From the UHGV virus genome UHGV-1322810: a stretch of 40,112 nt of DNA. One strand, given 5' to 3'. This DNA is from a virus. The notes under the pieces are model-generated. The model was not told where the DNA came from and searched no databases. It saw nothing but the letters and a program-made list of their open reading frames with translations. The number at the start of each line of letters is the position of its first letter. Positions within the stretch are counted from its first letter, which is position 1. A program made the translations under genes and the position numbers. Shown in pieces: positions 35,629 to 40,112 of the stretch.

Positions 35629-35805
35629 GTGAAGGATAACAGAAACTGGAAATGCTTCTTCGGCATGCACCAGTGGCAACTAAAAGAGAAGCGAGAGCAG
35701 CATTACTACGAATATTCCTCCAGCACAAGGCCATACCAAATTAGGTTTGTCTTGCGAATGCAATGTGCTCATTGCGGAAAGTTCGAATCACAAATAATCG
35801 ATTAA
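35629..35805 (+). CDS. Possible 58-aa Cys-containing ORF (GTG start), preceded by a 26-aa hydrophobic micro-ORF at 35552..35632.
   Basis: Manual translation VKDNRNWKCFFGMHQW...CAHCGKFESQIID; ends at the terminator. Confidence 0.25.
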   Translation: MKDNRNWKCFFGMHQWQLKEKREQHYYEYSSSTRPYQIRFVLRMQCAHCGKFESQIID

Positions 35806-35806
35806 C

Positions 35807-35830
35807 AGGCCTGCTTAGCGGGCCTTTTTT
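35807..35830 (+). terminator. Intrinsic terminator inside the nin region.
   Basis: AGGCC-ugcuuagcg-GGCCU followed by UUUUU. Confidence 0.65.
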
Positions 35831-35844
35831 ATGAGGGTAGGATT

Positions 35845-36264
35845 ATGAAACCGACATACGAAGAATTAGAGCAGCAACTCGAAGAATCTCGTCGCGAGTT
35901 CCGTGCAGCAGACGCGACTATTCACAATCTTGAACTGAAACTCACAGACATGGCAGTACAGCTCGCTAACGCCGAGAGCAAGTGCAGGGAGCTGGCTGCG
36001 GATAATGGTGCACTGAAGAAATTCTGCAAAGACGCAGCATTCGATGCTGATTACGAAGCTGAGCTTGGTATGGATCGAGGTGGGTTTACCGATGCTCTCA
36101 ACGACATCAAAACCCCAGCCACCGACTCTTTCCTGGCTGAAGTGCAGGCGCAGGGGGTTGAGATGTTCGCAGACAGCCTGAAGGTTGTCGGTGGTCATGA
36201 GCATCCATATTCAGTGGTGGCCAACGAGTTCGCCGCCCAACTTCGAAAAGGCGGTGCAGCATGA
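35845..36264 (+). CDS. Hypothetical protein with an N-terminal coiled coil.
   Basis: ORF with GAGGGTAGG RBS. Confidence 0.5.
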   Translation: MKPTYEELEQQLEESRREFRAADATIHNLELKLTDMAVQLANAESKCRELAADNGALKKFCKDAAFDADYEAELGMDRGGFTDALNDIKTPATDSFLAEVQAQGVEMFADSLKVVGGHEHPYSVVANEFAAQLRKGGAA

Positions 36265-36425
36265 TCGATTACCTCAAACCAGGCGAAGTCCGCTGTTGGA
36301 AATGCGGAGAGTGGATATTCAGCAACGAACTGGATAGCGCTGACGGCTTTTGCCCTAATTGCTCCGCAGAAATCTGCACCGATGAAGCTCCATATACCAA
36401 TGATGAAGGGGAGGCAGCCCAATGA
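36261..36425 (+). CDS. 54-aa zinc-ribbon protein (CxxC...CxxC).
   Basis: MIDYLKPGEVRCWKCGEW...CPNCSAEIC; ATGA-coupled on both sides. Confidence 0.35.
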   Translation: MIDYLKPGEVRCWKCGEWIFSNELDSADGFCPNCSAEICTDEAPYTNDEGEAAQ

Positions 36426-37267
36426 CAGCATTCAACAAACAGGCGCCAATCAAACATCCCGCAATTCGTTATCACGGTGGTAAGTTCCGCCTGGCACCAT
36501 GGATTATCGATCAGATGCCAGAGCATGTTTGCTATGTAGAGCCATTCGGCGGCGCAGCAGGAGTGCTACTGCAAAAGCCACGCAGCTATGCAGAGGTTTA
36601 TAACGATCTTGATGGTGAGGTGGTAAACCTGTTCCGCGTCCTGCGTGACCCGGAACTGAACCAACACCTGCAGGATACCTGCGCATTGACGCCATATTCC
36701 CGCGATGAATTTTGCGCTGCGAGAGAGGCCACATCCGATCCGGTAGAACGTGCCCGCCGAATGGTTGTGCGTGCTTGTATGGGTTTTGGTTCTGCTGCTG
36801 GTATCGGAGGTCAGTCAGGATTCCGTAGTGACAGCAAGCGCAAATACGCTACTGCCTCGCACCTGTGGGAACGTTATCCGGCAAATTTGGCTGCGATATG
36901 TCAGCGCCTGCAGGGTGTCATTATCGAGAATAAAGACGCACTGGCGGTGATGCGAGCCCATGACGCAGAGACAACGCTCCATTATATCGACCCGCCATAT
37001 GTGCCGGAAACGCGAGTACAGGGTAATCGCTATTACAACCACGAAATGACCGTTGAAGGCCATGAACAATTGCTCGCTGTGGCCAGAACGATGACAGGCA
37101 TGGTGATGATAAGTGGGTATGACACTGAGGTTTATAACGATATGCTAACTGGCTGGAGTAAGACAGAAAAAACATCACGAATCAGCGCATGGCGAGGTAC
37201 GAAAGTACGCACCGAATGCCTCTGGATTAACCCGGTAGCGCAGCGCAAACAGGAGTATGCAGCATGA
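36422..37267 (+). CDS. DNA N6-adenine methyltransferase, D12 class (Dam-like).
   Basis: EPFGGAAGV SAM-binding motif and the IDPPY catalytic motif. Confidence 0.8.
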   Translation: MTAFNKQAPIKHPAIRYHGGKFRLAPWIIDQMPEHVCYVEPFGGAAGVLLQKPRSYAEVYNDLDGEVVNLFRVLRDPELNQHLQDTCALTPYSRDEFCAAREATSDPVERARRMVVRACMGFGSAAGIGGQSGFRSDSKRKYATASHLWERYPANLAAICQRLQGVIIENKDALAVMRAHDAETTLHYIDPPYVPETRVQGNRYYNHEMTVEGHEQLLAVARTMTGMVMISGYDTEVYNDMLTGWSKTEKTSRISAWRGTKVRTECLWINPVAQRKQEYAA

Positions 37268-38004
37268 CAACTAACAACCACCCGGCGCACGGTCCTGTAT
37301 CACTCGATCGCCTGCACCAGATACGCGAAATACTCAGCAAAGCAGCGGAACAAAGCGACGGCGGTAATCTCGGCTACGCAATGGCTGATGCAGTGAAGGT
37401 GATTGATGGGGCTATAGCGTCGTTTTGTGCTGAGCCTGTTGGCGAGGTTGTCCTCGGCGAATATGACGATTGCGGTAGTTATCCTGATGCAAGAGTAGTG
37501 TGCATAGCCGCTGATGGTCAGGCGGATTGGGAAAACTTCAAGGACGGAACTCGGTTATACGCCGTCAATCCTGCGCAGGTATCAATAGACGAGCGCGCGG
37601 CATTCAACGCCTGGAATAACGACGAAAATCTTCCCATTGCGGGAGTTGGTGCCAAAAATGCTGCGTGGCTAGCTTGGCAGGCTCGCGCCACTATGCTTCA
37701 GTCGTTCGGTAATTCCGAACAACTTGACGAAGTTGGCTCATGGAATAACCACATGAACACGCCTACTGCTCAGGTGGGCAACTCTCCGGTAACTCCTGAT
37801 AGTTGGATTCCGGTAAGCGAGAGGATGCCGGATGAAACCCAGCCGGTAATCGTTGTGTCTGATGGTGGTGTGGTCCAGCGCACTGTATATCAATTCTGCG
37901 AGGGCGTATGGATTGATTGGTATGAGCAGTACGACGAGGTAGATCCTGATGCATTCACTCACTGGATGCCACTGCCAGCAGCACCGCAGCAGGAGGTGAA
38001 GTGA
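37264..38004 (+). CDS. Protein with a C-terminal DUF551 domain.
   Basis: C-terminus WIPVSERMPDE...PVIVVSDGG...THWMPLP, typical of DUF551. Confidence 0.6.
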   Translation: MTTNNHPAHGPVSLDRLHQIREILSKAAEQSDGGNLGYAMADAVKVIDGAIASFCAEPVGEVVLGEYDDCGSYPDARVVCIAADGQADWENFKDGTRLYAVNPAQVSIDERAAFNAWNNDENLPIAGVGAKNAAWLAWQARATMLQSFGNSEQLDEVGSWNNHMNTPTAQVGNSPVTPDSWIPVSERMPDETQPVIVVSDGGVVQRTVYQFCEGVWIDWYEQYDEVDPDAFTHWMPLPAAPQQEVK

Positions 38005-38285
38005 TGGCTAACCTTCAACTGGCAGTTAATGGTGAATACTTCGACCAGATGAAGTCAGGCGAGAAGAAATTCGAGTACCGGTTGCTGAATGACTACTGGC
38101 GAAAGCGCCTGGTTAACCGAGAATATGATCGCCTGATTATCACTCGAGGATATCCTCGCGCTGATGATTCCGACCGTCGAATTGATGTTCCATACCAAGG
38201 GTATAAGGTGCAGTCCATCATTCACAAGCACTTCGGTCCAGATCCGGTCAATGTTTTCGCTATCAAGGTGAATATTGAAGCCTAA
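38001..38285 (+). CDS. ASCH-domain protein.
   Basis: GxKxxExR motif (SGEKKFEYR) near the N-terminus; ~94 aa. Confidence 0.5.
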   Translation: MMANLQLAVNGEYFDQMKSGEKKFEYRLLNDYWRKRLVNREYDRLIITRGYPRADDSDRRIDVPYQGYKVQSIIHKHFGPDPVNVFAIKVNIEA

Positions 38286-38344
38286 ACATGAAGCCCTATC
38301 ATCGTGATGTATAATCCCTCTCAACGTATCGAGAGGGATTCATC

Positions 38345-38602
38345 ATGTCAGGTCATAACATCGCAGCGAAATCGAAAGAAGAGCAGGACAATGTTAACGT
38401 TGACCTGGCTGCATCCGGCGTCGTCTACAAAGAGCGTCTGAACATGCCAGTTATCGCTGAGCAGGTAGCTCGTGAGCAGCCAGGGCACTTGCAAGAATAT
38501 TTCATGGAGCGCGTTCGCTACTATCGTGAGCAAAGCCTGACTTTGCCGAAAGCATCCGATCCGCGCTATCTGGATATGGCTGCGCAGAACGAGAAAAAGT
38601 AA
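38345..38602 (+). CDS. Hypothetical protein.
   Basis: Preceded by TGTATAAT (-10-like) and the CCCTCTC...GAGAGGG hairpin. Confidence 0.45.
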   Translation: MSGHNIAAKSKEEQDNVNVDLAASGVVYKERLNMPVIAEQVAREQPGHLQEYFMERVRYYREQSLTLPKASDPRYLDMAAQNEKK

Positions 38603-38608
38603 TCCACA

Positions 38609-38651
38609 TTGACACCCATAAATTACGATTATACTGTATATGTGTACAGTA
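38609..38651 (+). promoter_or_regulatory. SOS promoter: -35 TTGACA, 17-bp spacer, LexA box TACTGTATATGTGTACAGTA overlapping the -10.
   Basis: CTGT-N8-ACAG with 18/20 matches to the LexA consensus TACTGTATATATATACAGTA. GAGGTG RBS then ATG at 38672. Confidence 0.75.
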
Positions 38652-38671
38652 TTTTATTGTGAGGTGTTTAT

Positions 38672-38998
38672 ATGGGCTTCCCATCTCCCGCTAACGACTA
38701 CGTTGAATCATGCCTGACGGTTGATCGCTTATGTCACATGGATGCCAACTGTATCGTCATTGATACATCATCCGGCTACGCAGTGATTAACCGCGCTCTC
38801 AGGGTTAAGCAGGGAGCGCCAATCCTCATCAATCACTGTGGACGCATTCAGTTCGCAAAGCTGATTGGTGAGGCACTGATAACATCAGAAGGTGAGGCGC
38901 TGGAAGGAGAATCTCTGGATGATGTTGATGTGATAGGCGTGGTTACGTTCCTCATCAACTCAGCTCTTCAGGAAGCCTCTGACTCATCACCGATTTAA
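38672..38998 (+). CDS. UmuD'-like protein (pre-processed, HumD-like; S24-family fold without the N-terminal arm).
   Basis: Starts MGFPSPANDYVE, matching the E. coli UmuD segment just after its Cys24-Gly25 cleavage site (CGFPSPAADYVEQ). C-terminus DVDVIGVVTFLINS resembles UmuD LDVFGVVIHVVKAM. Confidence 0.65.
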   Translation: MGFPSPANDYVESCLTVDRLCHMDANCIVIDTSSGYAVINRALRVKQGAPILINHCGRIQFAKLIGEALITSEGEALEGESLDDVDVIGVVTFLINSALQEASDSSPI

Positions 38999-39041
38999 AT
39001 CTCGCGCAACGTCAAGCAACATTACCCACCCTCAAAATTAG

Positions 39042-39050
39042 TGTTATAAT
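39042..39050 (+). promoter_or_regulatory. Extended -10 promoter-like element (TGtTATAAT) upstream of a structured ~115-nt region before ninB.
   Basis: Sequence motif only. Confidence 0.3.
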
Positions 39051-39203
39051 TAGGTCGCAGTCGGATTGAGCACCCGGCTGTGACCTCTGCATCTGATTGG
39101 GAAATTAGATGCGAAACACAAAGAGTACGACCTACCTTATGCCGTCAGCGTTATCTAATGCTGAGGGTTTTCTGCATTCTGCGTTACCTCTCGGAGGTGG
39201 CGT

Positions 39204-39659
39204 ATGAATATCCCAGAGCAGGGTATCAAGCTGCATGCTGGCAACTTCGCCGCCATCGGTCAGCACCTGCAACCATATCTCAATGACGGCCAATGCTATC
39301 GCCTCCAGTTAAAGCCATGGAGAGAGAAGCGTAGCCTTAGTCAAAATGCGTTAAGCCACATGTGGTACACGGAAATCAGCGAATACCTGATTAAATCCGG
39401 CCGCACTGACGCTACCCCTGAATGGGTTAAGCGCAACCTAAAAAAGACATACCTCGGCTGCGAGGAAGTCACCTACACCGATTTTATCACCGGCACCAAA
39501 GAAACCACCTGGGAACCTCGTCACACGTCTCAACTCGATACCGGAGAGATGCACATCTTCCTGTGCAAAGTCGAAGCGTGGTGCGCCCAGTTTGGTCTGG
39601 CGCTGACTATCCCAAGTAACTGTGAATTCCAACAATTGCGCGACAAGCAGGAGGCGTAA
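39204..39659 (+). CDS. ninB: NinB (Orf-family recombination mediator).
   Basis: SLSQNALSHMWYTEIS vs lambda NinB SLDQNRKLWACLGDVS; size matches; GGAGGTGG RBS. Confidence 0.7.
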   Translation: MNIPEQGIKLHAGNFAAIGQHLQPYLNDGQCYRLQLKPWREKRSLSQNALSHMWYTEISEYLIKSGRTDATPEWVKRNLKKTYLGCEEVTYTDFITGTKETTWEPRHTSQLDTGEMHIFLCKVEAWCAQFGLALTIPSNCEFQQLRDKQEA

Positions 39660-40078
39660 TGGCTAAGTCAGAAAAGTGCTTGTTCTGCGGCAAGCCCGCA
39701 ACCCTGTTATGCGACGGCATTATCGGCTGGGACGCTGATGAAGATGAAAATCACCACCTATGCAACGCTCGCGGAATATTTACCTGTGACGCTCCAATGT
39801 GTTCTGAGTGTGGAACGTGGCATGGCAATATTTTCTTCTCAGGAAAGTCGCATGGTATGGAAACCCGTGATTACTGTCCGTTGTGTCAGGCGCTGCATGT
39901 GAATGGCGATGTCATTCGTGAAGACAAAAACCGGAAATACAAAGTCATTCTCGAGCCAGTCCTGCAGGAAGAACAGGCTGACATCATCCGTAAGGCCCAC
40001 TGGAATAGCCGCCTGAATGCACATCGACACGAGGTTCATATCATTCAGGGAGGTGGACAACAATGCCTTCCATTCTGA
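39659..40078 (+). CDS. Cys-rich (multiple CxxC) hypothetical nin-region protein.
   Basis: ORF, coupled to the ninB stop. Confidence 0.45.
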   Translation: MAKSEKCLFCGKPATLLCDGIIGWDADEDENHHLCNARGIFTCDAPMCSECGTWHGNIFFSGKSHGMETRDYCPLCQALHVNGDVIREDKNRKYKVILEPVLQEEQADIIRKAHWNSRLNAHRHEVHIIQGGGQQCLPF

Positions 40079-40112
40079 GAAAGCAATCCCGCCGCAGTTG
40101 CAAAATCTGCAA
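40063..40112 (+). CDS. ninG: 5' end of ninG (continues in frame at position 1).
   Basis: MPSILRKQSRRSCKICK..., then codon aa|g spanning the junction, then TKFTATYDNVWWCCPEHG; matches the lambda NinG N-terminus RRRCKNDECREW..FANQWWCSPECG. Confidence 0.7.
   Translation, partial: MPSILRKQSRRSCKIC

Noticed and set aside
38286-38344. TGTATAAT plus CCCTCTC...GAGAGGG hairpin upstream of ORF 38345 as a second LexA or other regulated promoter.
   Set aside because: No CTGT-N8-ACAG box and no convincing -35. Kept only as a note in the feature evidence.
1-40112. CRISPR arrays, rRNA, IS elements or transposons.
   Set aside because: No spacer-repeat arrays, no transposase-like ORFs, no long terminal inverted repeats. 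The only repeats are short regulatory or iteron repeats, listed above.

Overview
The window reads as a complete, circularly closed genome of a temperate P22-like podophage with a lambda-like immunity and replication core. It does not look like an integrated prophage, because no host flank is present.

The clearest sign of circularity is the NinG/Rap-like ORF at the window start: its 5' end lies at 40063..40112 and joins position 1 in frame.

Gene order on the + strand:
- nin tail: ninG, then two tiny translationally coupled ORFs.
- Late control and lysis: antiterminator Q (phage-82 family) with a tR'-like terminator and a 550-bp non-coding region carrying three terminators; lysis cassette with an S21-like class II holin, T4-like GH24 endolysin, an extra 2-TM protein and overlapped Rz/Rz1 spanins.
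- Packaging and virion: small and large terminase and a P22-like virion module of portal gp1, scaffold gp8, coat gp5, gp4, gp10, needle gp26, gp14 and ejection proteins gp7/gp20/gp16; a lipoprotein moron; mnt on the minus strand with no arc/ant; a mosaic tailspike (P22 head-binding domain plus an AT-rich beta-helix receptor-binding domain).
- attP, with tandem ATGGGGCA repeats and a palindrome.

Gene order on the - strand:
- int, xis and a long PL-driven early-left operon of many small coupled ORFs, including a TraR-like zinc finger, a PF05869-type Dam methyltransferase, a three-repeat HTH-like protein, Sipho_Gp157 plus RecT, and acidic proteins.
- N (gp24-like), nutL, OL/PL, a multi-TM protein co-transcribed downstream of cI, and lambda-like cI.

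Back on the + strand:
- OR/PR, lambda-like cro, nutR, cII, an inserted T5orf172 (GIY-YIG-like) gene, O with internal ori iterons, P and ren-like.
- A nin region with a terminator-bounded cassette (coiled-coil ORF, Zn-ribbon, D12-class Dam-like methyltransferase, DUF551 protein, ASCH).
- A textbook LexA-box promoter driving a pre-processed UmuD'-like (HumD-like) gene, then ninB and a Cys-rich ORF.

No tRNA, rRNA, CRISPR or toxin (stx) genes were found.

All similarity calls were made by eye from the translations against remembered reference proteins; no searches were run.
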